Part shown: in pieces, positions 23,929-37,574 of the stretch
Position numbering within the stretch: position 1 is the first letter of the stretch
Layout of the letters: the number at the start of each line of letters is the position of its first letter
Origin: Chrysemys picta bellii
Taxonomy: Eukaryota
Assembly: GCF_011386835.1 (NCBI RefSeq)
Contig: NC_088805.1
Coordinates: 24,180,001 to 24,244,000 of the forward strand
Length of the DNA: 64,000 nt
Direction of reading: 5' to 3'
Program-made: the position numbers and the translations under genes
The notes under the pieces: generated by a model
What the model was told of the DNA's origin: nothing
The model's database searches: none
The model's input: only the letters and a program-made list of their open reading frames with translations

Positions 23929-25648
23929 GCAAACTCCCATCAGAAATACATTATTGGAAATAAATGAACATGAAACAAGACTTGATTCAGAAAAGGTCAC
24001 CAGAGGACGTTGATGACGTTGATGAGCGGTTGTGGGGCCAAAGCAAAAACTACTTACAGAGAAGAGAAAAGATTTGTTGAATGGGGGAGGGGCGGGGGGA
24101 GAAATTGCATTCTTCCTTTAACTGCTTATTCTGTGAACTCAGTCTAGGTGTTCTTTTTTCAGCAGTCTTTGTTGCCAGCCATTTACATGCACAATGGCAG
24201 TAGTCCAGTCATTTTTCTTCCATTGGCCGCTCACATGAGTTGAAGATCGCTCCCTACTGAAAACAACACTAGTGCACACTGGGTTTAGTTATTACAGTTC
24301 ATTGTTTTATGTGTCTTCCCCTTCCCCCTCCTCAAGCTAACTCTGGCAGATTTACGTCTCTTGCTGTGTTAACGTGAGGGATTCAGCTTTGGTTTGTTTA
24401 TAGAGGGTGCCCTTTGTTGACATCGCAAGACCAATAATGGACCACTCAGCAAAATCCTGATGCCTTCCAGCACTCATTAGTGTAGTGGTTTGGGTTGTTT
24501 TCCCACTCTCCTCCTTTCTCTCACACGATTAAACTGTCAAAACACCGAGCCGGCAGATCATGTCCAACCTATAAATACCCAAACACAATGACTTCTTCGT
24601 TTATATATTCAGAAACTTGGTTGCATATATATATATATATATGCATATATAAAATAAAATATATATATTATTTTGGCTGATGGAGAGCAATAGGCATCAG
24701 ATCGTGGGATTTTCAAGTGCCTTCTGTTCTTCCTGATGGCCCCAAAGGATTCTTTTTGTTGGCACGTAGCCTGTCCTTCTAGGCTTCCTTTTGATGTTCT
24801 CTCCACATATGGCCTGGCTGTCATTGTAAAAGACAACCAACATCTGTGAGGGTGGGATTAGCGATCCGTTCTTGAGACATTTGCCAGTACGAGCGTGCCA
24901 AGAACCAAGAGGGCCTATTACAGCAGCTAGCATCGTTTTCAGCAGTAGAATAATGTCTTCTGGGGATGAGCAAATACTATAAGGGCAAGGCTGTTTCCAG
25001 GAATAAACAGATAGGAAACAAGTCCCATTTACTGGCTCTTGACATCCCTGCCATCTGTCATCATTTTATGGATTTTCAGATGCATTGGACTGCTTGTTAA
25101 TCATATAGGGTGAGATTATGGCGCACTCTTGGTACCTGTGCAAGGGAGGAAGGTGGGGGGGGAAGCGCCCCTGATACTCCTGCTCTGACTAGATACGCTG
25201 CAGATGACAGCACCGTGGAGAGAGCAGCCCCCCTCATGCTGGAGCAGAGAGGAAAGCAGGGAACAGATTGTGACACTCTGGTACTTGGTCGGCTTCTTGG
25301 GCAGCAGAACTATGGGCTGTCCTTTCTCGGGGCTTATGGTAACGCCACAGTCAAGCCCAAATAAATGTATATTTAAAGAACTGAATAGTTGGCACCATGT
25401 CCCTGTTCGCTGGCACTGTTGTAAATTCAGAGGGGAAAGCAGTGTGTTTTCCACATATGTTAGATACTGTATGAAGAGTGCACAGTGCAGTGTATGGTCT
25501 TTGACAGCACATAAATTGTATTTAAAGTGTTCAGTGAAACAGGCCAACTTTCATGATATTTCAAGTGCATTGATGGACACCATGTTGAAGAATATAGAAA
25601 ATATGTGATCATGGCACTTTGTTTATTATTTTCATACTTTAAACTGAC

Positions 25649-26008
25649 TGTTAGCAGTAAGGATCCACTGGCTTACCCCCTCGGCAGTCTGATGAGCAGG
25701 GCTGGGCCCAAATTGAGCCACTTGATTGGCCCAATCCCCCCTCCCCGATTGGCTGAGGGGATCATCAGACTTGCTTGCAGGGTGCTGGCTGCTCAAACTC
25801 ATGGCAGTATTAACTTCTGCCTTTTTCCAGCCTTGGACCCAGTCCTGCTCCTGCCTTCCTTCACTCCAGGTAAACTGGTTCTAGCCCTCGATCCAATTCC
25901 TGACTGGCTTTCATCCTAGGCTCCAGCACCTGGCCTCTGACTCCAGCTCTGACGCTTGGCTCTGAATTCTGCTCTAACCATTAGGAATGACTGCCCACAT
26001 GGCTGACA
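25649..26008 (+). mobile_element. Solo LTR, 360 bp
   Basis: Termini TGTTAGC…GCTGACA (6/7 inverted); exact 5-bp TSD CTGAC; orientation tentative. Confidence 0.85.
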
Positions 26009-27149
26009 CTGACTGTTTCCCCCCAAAATAAAATGTGCTGGCTGTATGTTCATTTAATGGACATTTTAGTTAAAAAAAAATTGCACTTTAACACAGGATT
26101 TGCAAGGGTTCCCTAGACCTTTTACCTCCTTTAATTAATCAAGGAAGTTGTTTTGCTATTAGTTTTGCATGAGTTTATAATCTAACTCCTAATCACTGGC
26201 AACATGTGGGTAAATAATGCCAGTGTCAGGAAAGTGTGAAGACGCAGAAAGAGTCGGGAATCCTTTATATTTGAAATTATTCTCCCAAGCTTTCAAAATT
26301 GGATTCAATTGAACAAATTCTTGGAAAGAGAAAGCAATAGCTTAACCTAGTTCGTAACAGATCCATGCATAAACTGCAAACTTTACTGCTGCTTCCTACG
26401 CGTCTTAGGAACTTGAAAATATACCCGAGTGATGAGCAGCTGAGGACTTTTGCCAGCAATTAATTTCTGCTGCATCTCTGCCCTCAATCATTTTTAATGG
26501 TTGACTCTGCAGAGATCCACAGACATGGATTCAAAGGGCTGGATTTTTCAGTCTGCTACGTTCTCTTTACACTTTTCACACAGTGCAACATGATCTTAAA
26601 CTGGCTGTTGAATGTTCTGGAGATTCCTGCATAGGGGGAATCTCCAACCAGTGTAAAAGTGATGGGGGTGACTCAGCTGCCAGCTTCACCACCTGCCGCT
26701 CCCTCCTTTGCCAGATGTGTGCTGACCAGTGTAAAGGGGAGGGGACCTGTTAAGGGAGGAAAAGGGACATGGGTCAGGGAGGGAGGGGGCTTAGCCGGAT
26801 TGATGAATGGACAGAAGGGGTGTGGTGTTGCGAGGTTCTGCTGAACCTGGCTGTCTGTTGGGGGGAATGTTAGCCACTAATAGCATCCCCCTTCAAGCTT
26901 TAACTTGGGCCAGGTGCACAAGAATCAAAGAGCAGAGATTGGCACCCTGTCTGTAACGACTGACCTTTACAGTGGGAATTGAGTCAAAGGCTCTCTCTCT
27001 TCGGCAACCTTACACTACTGGCAAATGACAATATCTTAGTTAAAGCCAGTCGGTCAGAGCCGCAACGCTGTAAATCAATGCAGAGTCACTGACCTGTATG
27101 GAGCAGTTGCAGCACTGCTCTCGATCAGTATAGAAAGTAAATAGTTATG

Positions 27150-27168
27150 GTGCCAGTAGATGGCGCTC
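27150..27168 (+). promoter_or_regulatory. CTCF motif GTGCCAGTAGATGGCGCTC
   Basis: Fits the CCA(G/C)(C/T)AG(A/G)(T/G)GGCGC core at every position; outside recognisable repeats; motif match only. Confidence 0.6.
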
Positions 27169-27261
27169 AAGAATATGAAGCATAGTTCCAAAGTTTGTAA
27201 TTTTGAACTGCAAATTAGAGCCTTGCAACCCATAGTGGCGTCAAAGTGAGGAACTGAAATC

Positions 27262-28017
27262 TATGAAACAGCCCCTCAATGTGCAGCAGCAGTCAAAAAA
27301 GCTAACACAATGTTAGGAACCACTAGGAAAGGGACAGATAATAAGGCAGAAAATAGCATAATGCCACTTTGCCCACACCCTGAATACTGCCTGCAGTTCT
27401 GGTTGACATATCTCAACCAAGATATATTGGAATTGCAAAGGGTACAGAGAAGGGCAACAAAAATGATCAGGCATATGGAACAGCTTCCATATAAGGAGAG
27501 ATTAAAAAGTCTGGGACTGGTCAGTTTAGAAAAAGAGATGACTAAGGGGGAAGGGTTGAAAGAGGTCTATAAAATTGTGAGTGGTGTAGAGAAAATCAAT
27601 AGGGAAGTGTTATTTACCCTTCACATAACACAAGAACCAGGGATCACCTGCTGAAAGTAATAGGCAGCAGGTTTAAAACGAACAAAAGGAAGTACTTCTT
27701 TACAGAACACACAGTCAGCCTGTGGCACTCATTGCCAGGGAATGTTGAGAAGGCCAAAAGTATAACTGGATTCACACAAAAATTAGAAAGTTCATGGAGG
27801 ATAACCATTGATGGACCCTATTAGCTAAGTTGGACAGGTAGACAATCCTGTGCTCCAGGTGTCCCTAAACCGCCAACTTCCAGAAGTTGGGATTGGACAA
27901 CAGGGATGGATTACTTGAAATTGCCCTGTTCTGTTCATTCCATCCGGCACTGATCATTGTCAGACAGGATACTAGGCTAGATGGACTATTATCCTGACCC
28001 AATATGGCCATTCTTAA
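27262..28017 (+). mobile_element. 5'-truncated CR1 (ORF2 C-terminus + 3' UTR)
   Basis: QCAAAVKKANTMLG…PHPEYCLQFW…QRVQRRATKMIR…ERLKSLGL; typical 3' UTR ending …cccaatatggccattctta. Confidence 0.93.
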
Positions 28018-29456
28018 GACTTCCTCTGGGTAATTCTTTACAGCAGCTCTTAACAGGTGCTACACAATTTACATCAGCTGAGTTTCTGTCCTCTCTAGTG
28101 CTTTACTTGTAATATTATAGCACACTAATTTAGCCCAAGTTAGACAAGTGAAAAGGAATTAGTTCTCCCTTAGGTTCTCAGCCGGTCATTTCCATACTGA
28201 ATCTTGCTATTGCAATATCAAAAATCTAGGTATTTGGATGTTATTTGGGATCTGTGCAAAATGATTTCAAAATACTGCAGAAACAACCTTGAGTAACATG
28301 GTAAAAGGACACAATAGCTGCTATTATTAGCAAAAGAGTGGTTTCTATTTTTATCCTTCCCAAGCCTGTTCAACTGAAGAATAGAAAAATGGCTGGAGAA
28401 AATGGGAAATTCTTATTAAAAATAATAAGAATATGCCATTCAAAGGGCAATTTCACATCATATGGATTAAGAAGCCTGTGTGTGTGTGTGTGTGTGTACT
28501 GGGTCAAATTCATTCTTAGTGCAACTATTTATTTAACTGGAGTGCATCAGTGAGTTATGCCAGGGCTTAATTCAGTCCACTTTTATTGAAATATATTGTT
28601 ACCTGCTCTTAATAACTCAAACACAAATTGGTCATGCTCTGAGTTGTGCAATGGTCATTAAAACCCAGGAGTTCCTTTGTGTAGAACACTAAGCCACGTT
28701 TCCCTTAAATCTTTTTAGCATACAATAGCTGAAACACACCAGCAATCAGACTTTAAGAATTCTGCAACTGATCATTCCAACCATCTCTAAGTCCCACTTC
28801 AGAGCAATAGAAACATTTTTCCCCCTGGAAAAAAATGCTTTCTCAAGATAAGCAAAATTAAAATAAATAACTTGTATTAATCCTCTGCTACTTTTGGGAT
28901 CTGTGACTCAGCACTTAGATGCAAACTTTCTGCCAAAGCAACTTTCTTGCTGGGTAGATATGTAAGAGAGTGTGAGGGCAGGAAATCCACCGCACCAGAC
29001 CATGAAGTGATTCTGGAGATGCTCTGAGAAGGCTATTGCAGCCCAAAAGACTGGATTGGCCTCTGAATGCCCTTATTCAGCCCCTTACAGGACAAGGGAT
29101 TGTGTAACAATGATTCATGTGGCCCCATCCTCCCACTGCTGCTGCGGAAATCTGAGTGCAGGCCACTCAAGGGTATGCAGTCTCTGCATGATGCTCTCAT
29201 ATGCACCTCCCTTTGCACAGAACTTTACCAGTTCCATTGCCCTGGGCCTTCTGCAGCTATGGACGTGGGGCTGGATTTGGTCCTTAATTTACTGTCAGCG
29301 GTTAAAGTGAAATGCCATCTGTGCCTAGTGGACTAAGGTCAGTGGAATACTAGGGTTGAACGCAGCCCATTTCAGACAACCAGTACGAACACCCACGTTC
29401 TTCACTGTTTTGTGTTAATGATATTGCCTAACACTGCTGAAGGTGTGCAGTGAGCA

Positions 29457-29521
29457 GTAGCCGTGTCAGTCCCAGGATATTAGAGAGCCAAGGTAGGTGA
29501 GATAATATCTTTTATTGGACC
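29457..29521. mobile_element. Penelope-like terminal fragment
   Basis: gtagccgtgtcagtcccaggatattagagag…aatatcttttattggacc resembles reptile Penelope terminal sequence (from memory). Confidence 0.55.
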
Positions 29522-32500
29522 GATAGAGCTCTGGTGGCAGATGAGGTACTTCCACATTTAGAGGGACACTTTAAAACGAGTACATCTCGCTTCTCTGAGC
29601 AGACTCAGTGGTGGTTGTCTGTCTAGGGTATCAGGTCATGCTAACATAGCAGGTGCATGGAAGTTCATCTTTTTTATTGTCCGTATCAGCACTAGCAATA
29701 CAAGTGATTACCTGCTGTGGAACATAATTTATCAAAAATAATTGTAGATAGCAAAGTTGATGGGTCTATGTTAGGGGAGAACTGAAACAGAATATTAGGC
29801 CTTACGACATCATCGGTCTTTACCTGCATTTCCCTTTGGAGTTATCAATGGAGTGAATTAATGACAGGCTGTGACTCTAAAATGAGCAGATTTCTTTGAT
29901 CTACCTAAATGGGACCTTCTCCCTGAAATTCATATGCTCAATATTTATATTATACTGAAATAGTGAAGGCCTCCAGTATAAAAAGTTGGCTATCATGCAA
30001 TTTATTGCATCTCACGCTTTGAGGTCATGATATAATTTAGTATCATAAAAATGAAATATTACATACATGGGCTAAATAGCAAATATGCTGAGTGATTTAT
30101 CTGTGAATTTCCTTGAGAAAGAGAAGCCTCACAACTGTCTTGAAGATGTAGAGCAAGGTAAATCGCGTGCTGCACTCTGTTCTCTGGTAGCAAATAATAA
30201 TGCAAACTACACAAAAATCATAACATAACATGAAGGGGAAAACACATCACAAGGATAGGAAATTACTGAACATTTAGAGTCAGGTAACAAATTAGAGAGA
30301 GAGAATTTCTGTCTTCCTCTACATTCCTCAGGCAAATATGCCAAATAGCAATCAATTCTTCAACTTGTATCAACACTGTGATGAAGTGTCTGTATCATTC
30401 CTTTCATTTAAAGTATGCCATACAATAATTTTCTATATGCAGGAAAAAGATAAAACTAGGAAACAATCTGCAGTGATTGTGAGCATGGAATAACCTTTGT
30501 ATAAGGTATACTATGATGGTGTTAGATATAGCAGTTATCAACCTATTCCACCAGCTACCATCTAGCTTGGTCCTGGCCCATCTCCCATTTAACAACATGG
30601 TAAGAGTAGTCACCTACCATGTATTGGGGGCTGTAACCCTCCGGTAGAAAACATCCGATCTAATCCATTTGTGAGATGGACCACATCTATCTGTGGCCTG
30701 GGAGTTAGCTCTTACTCTGTATCTGTAGGAGAGCTTTTTTCAGAGCTTGGAGGGAGTTATTTGTGTCCACAGTTCTTGTTCTGCCTGCTATAGCGATAGG
30801 ATATTGCTGTGAAGTTTGGATCTGGGTGTGAATCCACGCTTCTCCACAGTTTGGGTTTGGTCCTGTCTCTAATCCACTAACTTATTCTAGACATCTCAGT
30901 GTTTGTCTATCACCATGACCATGTATACAGGATGAAGGCCAGCAGAAGATATAAGCACTAGCACCTAAGTCCTCTCAAAGCCTCCGTAAGGACCTTTTGG
31001 ACTTAAACCCTTCTAGGTGGATGTAGGTGGTCCATGGGTCTTCTGCTAGCCCTCTGCAAAGGGGTGAATTTCACCTACAAAGCTTTACAGTATGCAAAAT
31101 GCATTCTCTAAACAAATCACTCTGCTGTTTATGTTCAGGCAGTGTACACTACAATGTTACTGAACCACCATGTGCTGCTATCTGACAAAACAATCTTCTC
31201 ACCATCAGAAATATTACTGTGCCTCTGTGTTGATGATGACATAGTTTTAAATACCTGCATGTCCTTGTCTTGCAGCTAATGCATTTGAACGTCACTGTTC
31301 CAGTTACAATGACCATTCTGTGTTTGAACAGAAATTTGTGTAGCAAAGGGAGTAGTTCGGAGTGCGAGCACAGGTAAATAAACAGAGATGCCCATTTAAG
31401 GCTATTTAATCAAGAAAAATATTCTTATGACTTCACCCTTTTTCTCCCAGCCTTTCAGGCCCACTTTCCTGTATTCAGATTCCCTCATAATGACTCTCAG
31501 ACATGCACTTTAGAATACCTAGTAGCAGGCTTTATGCCAATTAGTTGATGGGTTTATAATAAAGGAAGCCGCAGACTGTTCTCACACTTGTAGGTCTCAT
31601 CCGCACTCTGGGGAAATCCCTTTTTTCCAAACCAGTATTCCTCTCTAGTCCCTTTACATTGATCCTGCATCAATAATGGATTGTATACCTCACAGAGCCA
31701 GCAAATATTCTAATGTGAGAGAGCTCCCTAAGCATTACAGAACTGTTGGAACAGCTCTGTCCTGCCCCCTTCTACTACCCCTGGCTTAGATGGCATATTC
31801 AGGGTGCGTGCACTGCACTACGCCTATTGTTGGCTACTGAAAGGGCACCCGGAGGCTGTTGCAGCTGAGGTTAGAGCAGCCCTGAATTTGCTCTAATTTG
31901 TCTCAGGGTCTGGGTAAATCCCAGAATATGGGTTGGGAGAAAAGATGGCTTATTGTCTGCAGTAAGTAGAGCTCAGGAGGAACAGAGAATCTGGCTCTGA
32001 ATTTCTGGCTGGAATAGAGGGCATAACCTAAGAACCAGTGTGGTCTGGAGAAAGTTTTACAAACCATGTTTAGAAGCCAGTTATGTTCCATCCATAATGG
32101 TTAAGCTAATTGTGCTTTGTTAGCCTAAGGGTTTTTTAAAACCATGTTTAAACCTGGTTTAGCCAAATGTTTCCTTCTGCGTAGACAAGGCCTTACTCTT
32201 TCTATGTAATCTTTTCATGCCACGATAGCCCTGATTTCAACGGAGAGTATTTCATTCTCTTCTCCCCCCTAAAAAAACACCCCAACAATTTCCTAGGCTT
32301 TTGATCGATCATAAAATCATATATCTTGAATTGTAATAATGTCAAAGTTCTTGCAGAATAACTTTCACTGTAGAAGAATAAATTCTCTCAATAACTAGTA
32401 CTAGCAGGTTTCACTGATGGTGAAGTTCTTCTGTCTTAAGGTAGTGGAAATTTTTTATAGATAACCCATTGTTTCTTTCAGTTGGAAATAGCTTAGCCAG

Positions 32501-33699
32501 AGTAGTGGGACTAGAATTTCTGCTCTTAATGTCTGCCTTTTCTATCCTGTTGTTTAATGTGTAATGGACTGACAGTAAGAAGCACAGTGAGACCCTCAGA
32601 CTGTTGGCTATAGCTTCAAATATATAGTTCATAGAGTAAACAAGAATTTCCAGTAATGTAAAGTCCATCAATTTCCCTGAAGGTAATGGGATACTTCGTG
32701 ATGATGTAATGTCTGCATTGAAGGATGTGTTGTTGTTTGTTTGTTGTTATTACTTAACTCTGGTATGTGGGTGTGCATGGCACTTTACAAAGAGAATAAA
32801 GACACAATTCTTGCTCTGCAGAGCATATCATCTAAGGTAATTGGATCTGCCTTTGCAACCATGCAGATACATTTACAGTAAATTTATTTCCCCACTGGCA
32901 TAAGAGTTCACCTGTGCAGATCTGACTGCAGGATGACTGCCTATTATAGCTACAAACAATTGAAAGTGGTGCAGGAAGAGATGCTATCAGCCAAAAGGGG
33001 GAGAGGGTCCCTTTAGGAGGGAATGTGTACGAGGAAGTGAGAATCTGCCTACTGATGTGGTTAGAAGCAGCAGTGGGAAAGCGGGATATTTCCAAACATG
33101 CCGCATAACAGAATTTTCCACATGCATCCCATGAAACAAACTTCTTAGATTTCTTTAAGTCTCGGGAGAGCAGGAAAAGAAGCCTGGAACTGAATAAAGA
33201 AGCAAAACGTTGCAAGCTCATGTGTACTGTTTTATTTAGTTTTAAATACAAGCCTAACTGAATTGTAGAGAGACATTTTTACTAGAGTTAAGGTTGTAAC
33301 CAATTTTCCACTATAATTGTATGAAATGTCATTGTACTTCCACTATTAGATGGAAACGGGTACCACTCCTATCAACACATGCCTTTCTTCCCGTAAATGT
33401 TTAAATTCCTGTCTTGATGGGTCTATACTGTGAATAGCTGGGCAGATAAACCACCAAATAGGTTACTGCACAAAAGGAGACACAAATTAGACGTGAGAAT
33501 ACCACCATTAATCTTTTCTTGACAAGGTAAATTACTGGCGGGCTCAACTGTTGTTTAGAGCTGTTTATTCTGTCATAGTGAAGTATCAGATCAGAAGATA
33601 CGTCTTCTGAGCCTTTTGAATGCAAGCTCATAAGAGAATTAACGGGGTTCAGCTTAAAGTCACTCATCCCATCACTGATAGAAATGCAGATGACTGGGG

Positions 33700-33952
33700 A
33701 ATGTTCAGAGACCCTGGGTGGGTTTTTTTGCCTTCCTCTGCAGCATAGGGCATGGGTCACTTGCTGGCTCAAACTAGCATAAAGGATGGATTCTCTGTAA
33801 TGTGAAGTCTTTAAATCATGATTTGAGAACTTCAGTAACTCAGCCAGAGGTTATGGGTCTATTATAAGAGGGAGTGGGTGAGGTTCTGTTGCCTGCGACA
33901 TGGAGGAGATGAGACTCCCAATGGTCCCTTCTGGCCCTAAAGTCTGTGAATC
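33700..33952 (+). mobile_element. CR1 3' UTR fragment
   Basis: Similar to the reverse complement of 49726-50000; ends atggtcccttctggccctaaagtctgtgaatc. Confidence 0.8.
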
Positions 33953-36514
33953 CATCTATTCAGCAAAGCTTTTAAAGGTGGGTTTTAAAGCAAGCTAAAA
34001 ACTGTAGTGAGATAGAGTGAATTTGTTTTCTCCCTTGGACTTATTGCTCTTGGTGGTGTGAGCTTAATGTTCCAAGTAGTTACTGAGATTCAACTTGACA
34101 AAAAATTTACAAGATACTAACACTTTTTTTTAATGCAAAAGGGTACAATTACAATAGCAAAGTACTTTTTGGGAGTTACTTTGACTGTGGGCCTCTATAG
34201 CAGCAAGTGAGGTAGATACATTAAGTAATCATGGACTCTTCACTGGGCATCATCAAGAAGCCTGTATAACTGGAGGTCTTCATTCCTCTCTAAATTAACT
34301 TGATCCGAAGTCCACTGAACTCAGTGGGAGTCCTTCGGTGAGTTTTGGATCTGGCCCAATGTGCCAGTTACCATGACATTTATATGCATGCTGTAATGGC
34401 CGAAGTGCAATGCCCATGCACGAAATATTCAGGAGTGTCATTAACTAGGCGTCTTCCTTGCCTGAAAACTTGAATATTTGCCCTGTGCGTCTTCCAGGCA
34501 CAATCCTTTCACTTTTACCAGTACAGAAAACATTGACAGGGGAATAACTCTTGCTGTTGTCATTAAAGCAACTGTGCCTTGGACATGGGCCTCCCTGGTC
34601 TGTATTAGGTCTTTTCCATGTATGTTAGGATCCTATCAACTCTTTTTGCCAGATGCTCAACTAGTGTTATTTAGCAAGGCTTCATATAAGACAGTAGGGT
34701 TATGCTGATTTACACCAGCTGAGAATCTGCCCCATTGAGTCTATTCCTCTACAAGGGTGAGCTAGAGGTCGTTGATAGAGGAACAGTTGACTTTCTCCAC
34801 TACAGAAGTAGACTACTTAAAACTTAGATAAGTGGTTTTTTTTTTTTAAATACTCCACTGAGTTACTAGATGAGATGTCAGATGGTTACCATGGTACAAC
34901 GCTGTACAAAACTGTACAATTACAATATTTAAGATTGCCTGCAGAACAAGTACATTTGGTTCCCGTCCTCTGTACAATGTCTTGCTGACTTTGATGTGAT
35001 TATGTAATTTGCACATTTCAGAATTCAGATATAATTTTTTCCCATTAATCTGTCACTAACGTCCACTGATGAGTGGATTTGATAATTCTGGGGCCAGTCC
35101 TGCAGCCCCTGTGCAAGTCAATGAGAACTCTGCCTTTTGAAAATTACTAGAAATGGCATGTACTGTTTGAGTAGTCCCACTGAAATCATGTGAGAAAGAC
35201 CTTGCATGATTGGGATGTCAGATCTGCAAGGGGAAATAAGTCTCCTTCATATAACAGACTGAATGGACCATTTGATACAAACAATAATGTTGTTAGTGTT
35301 CTTCTTTACATGTTATCTGCATCTCTCCTCAAGAAAATCCTATTTTCTGTCCTTCAGCCTTTACAATGCGATTCATCCTTTACAAAATGATTCATTCTTT
35401 CAATGGGATGACTTTTGTTGTTCACTGTGGCTCCATGACGCTAACCTGTATCAGAAAGCAAAGAACTTGGTTTGTATTGCAATTCTGATATGCCTAACTG
35501 TATGTCCATAGTAATTCCAATGAAGTCTGGAGTAAGTCTGATTCTCCACAGCTTTCCAACTTGAATAATATTTTCCACCTATGTAAAATACTATCGAATC
35601 GAAATGGTAGTGGTTTACACCCACTATTACACTCCCTTTGTTTGCACAGGTGTACATGTCTATACCAAGTGCAAGTCAATGGAGAATCGGGCACAATAAA
35701 TTTACTTGAGTGTAAATATGATGTGAGAGGAGAACCAGGCTCAGAGTCTGACAAATAATGTTGTTCTCATAACTATTTTGCTATTATGAGGGTTTCTTTC
35801 TTGCAGTTAGTAATAAATTGCTTTGTTGAAAAAGCCAATATTATATAGAGTGGCCAATCTGACTGTCAACATCTAGACAAGCAGCATATTTACCCAGGGA
35901 AAGAGGGAACTAATTTTCCACTGTGAGTACCCATGGAGGGTCAAAAACCACTGCTACCCAAACTACTCACATGGCCACAGGAATCATGTAAATCAAAGGC
36001 CGTTTGAGAGAAGACACATTGGCATTAAAACAATTGGGCTGTTGTCTTCTCTCTGGAAAGGACATTTTATTAACATGGGAAAGTTTGAGGTTGGGAGTGA
36101 GGGGATGTAATCTATATTAGGTTTTGTGAGAGCTGAGGTGGGGACATTTTAGTTCTGTGGTTTCTCTTGGGGAGGGAGAGGTAGTTGGTTTGGTACTGCT
36201 GTTTCCGTCTCTGTCACATCATGTTTTTAATAATTTGTCAAGGACACTTAGAACCTGAGAGAGAGGTGTTAGATGCTGAAATTAAAGTAAGTATTTGAAG
36301 TAAGTAAATCCAAAGAAATGGAGGTCATTTAGGACATTTCCTGCTGTATCGTGTTAACACTCGCCTTCCTACTCTGGTAGGCCCCAACCAGTTCAGATAT
36401 TTTGGAGGAGGGGATGCAAATTCTGCTCCCCGACTACCATCCTATCCACTATCCCCCAAAGGGACTCCAGGTCTTCCTTGACTGAGGAGTCTCCCCTCTC
36501 TCTTACCCACACAG

Positions 36515-36641
36515 TGCATGAGCGGGTGCTGCCAGGAGGCGAGTTCTCGGCAGACTCTCCTGTGCTTCACCGTCCAGGACCAGACTCGTTGTGTGCCAGG
36601 ATGCAAAGCCATTTGACCCAGCCACCCCTCTGTTTGGCTAG
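36515..36641 (+). other. Candidate exon (127 nt), unidentified
   Basis: Acceptor ctcccctctctcttacccacacag|, donor TAG|gtgaga; one open frame; several CpGs retained. Confidence 0.2.
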
Positions 36642-36825
36642 GTGAGATTTCAGTGGCATTGTGATCGTGTAACCAGAACTATGCTCCAGACTGCTCCGCA
36701 GCAGCGGTACTGATTTAATATGGGATCACTGCTTAAGAATGGTGGGACCATGGTTCCCCTGGCTCCACAGCCTGTGGAACTTCGAGCAAGTGCAAAAGCT
36801 TTGGGGTGAGCACTTTGCCTTAATT

Positions 36826-37567
36826 TGGTGGTTCCCAAACTGGGGTTTGTGAACCCCTGGGGGTTCACGAAAGGTTACAGGTGGTTCCTGGGAAAAAAAT
36901 CCCTAATGGCGGACAGAGCTGTCCCTAAGGATCCCGGGAGCACAGGGCCAGCAGCCTGGAGCCCCTGGACTTCCAAGAGCTAAGCAGATCAAAGCAAGCA
37001 TCTCTATCACACTGAGGAGATTTAAACTTCAAGACTCCTTATAAGAAATGGAAAGGGAGGTGGATATCTTTTGCTGTTTTTAAAATTAAATAGGCAGCTA
37101 GTATTGTTTTTAAAATTATGATGAAGAACAAATTTAAGCTTTGTTGTAACGTGCGTTGTTTGCCTGGACTGTTCAAGACCTGAATGCTTGTGTAGAAGGA
37201 AATCTTTGAGTTGGCTTCTTAAATATTTCATGCTGTTTCACATCTGATACTCCTTGATGAAACATAGGAGCCTTGTCTTATAACAGGTTTATTCAAAGTG
37301 ATACAAGCTACGAAAGTGAGATCTTGGAAGAGTTTTGCCATTTTCATAATGTAATAAAAATAGTGTATTGATAAATAATAATTAATAATAAATAGTGTGT
37401 AATAAGCCATAAAAACAAATTTTATATTTCCAAGATCACTGCTTTTATAATTTATACTCAGGTAAAGGAGAAAATCCCTGGAAATATTCATTTTTTAGGA
37501 GGGGGTTCATGAGACTTGACATTTTAGTGAAAGGGGTTCAAAGGTTGTTAAAGTTTGGGAACCACTG
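36826..37567. mobile_element. Non-autonomous hAT element, 742 bp
   Basis: TIRs (TG)GTGGTTCCCAAACT / AGTTTGGGAACCACTG; TSD CCTTAATT/CCTTAACT (7/8). Confidence 0.9.
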
Positions 37568-37574
37568 CCTTAAC

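Noticed and set aside
37022-37491. Possible hAT transposase C-terminal remnant (…CETA / KYLRSQL)
   Set aside because: Resemblance to the hAT dimerisation motif is too weak to support by eye
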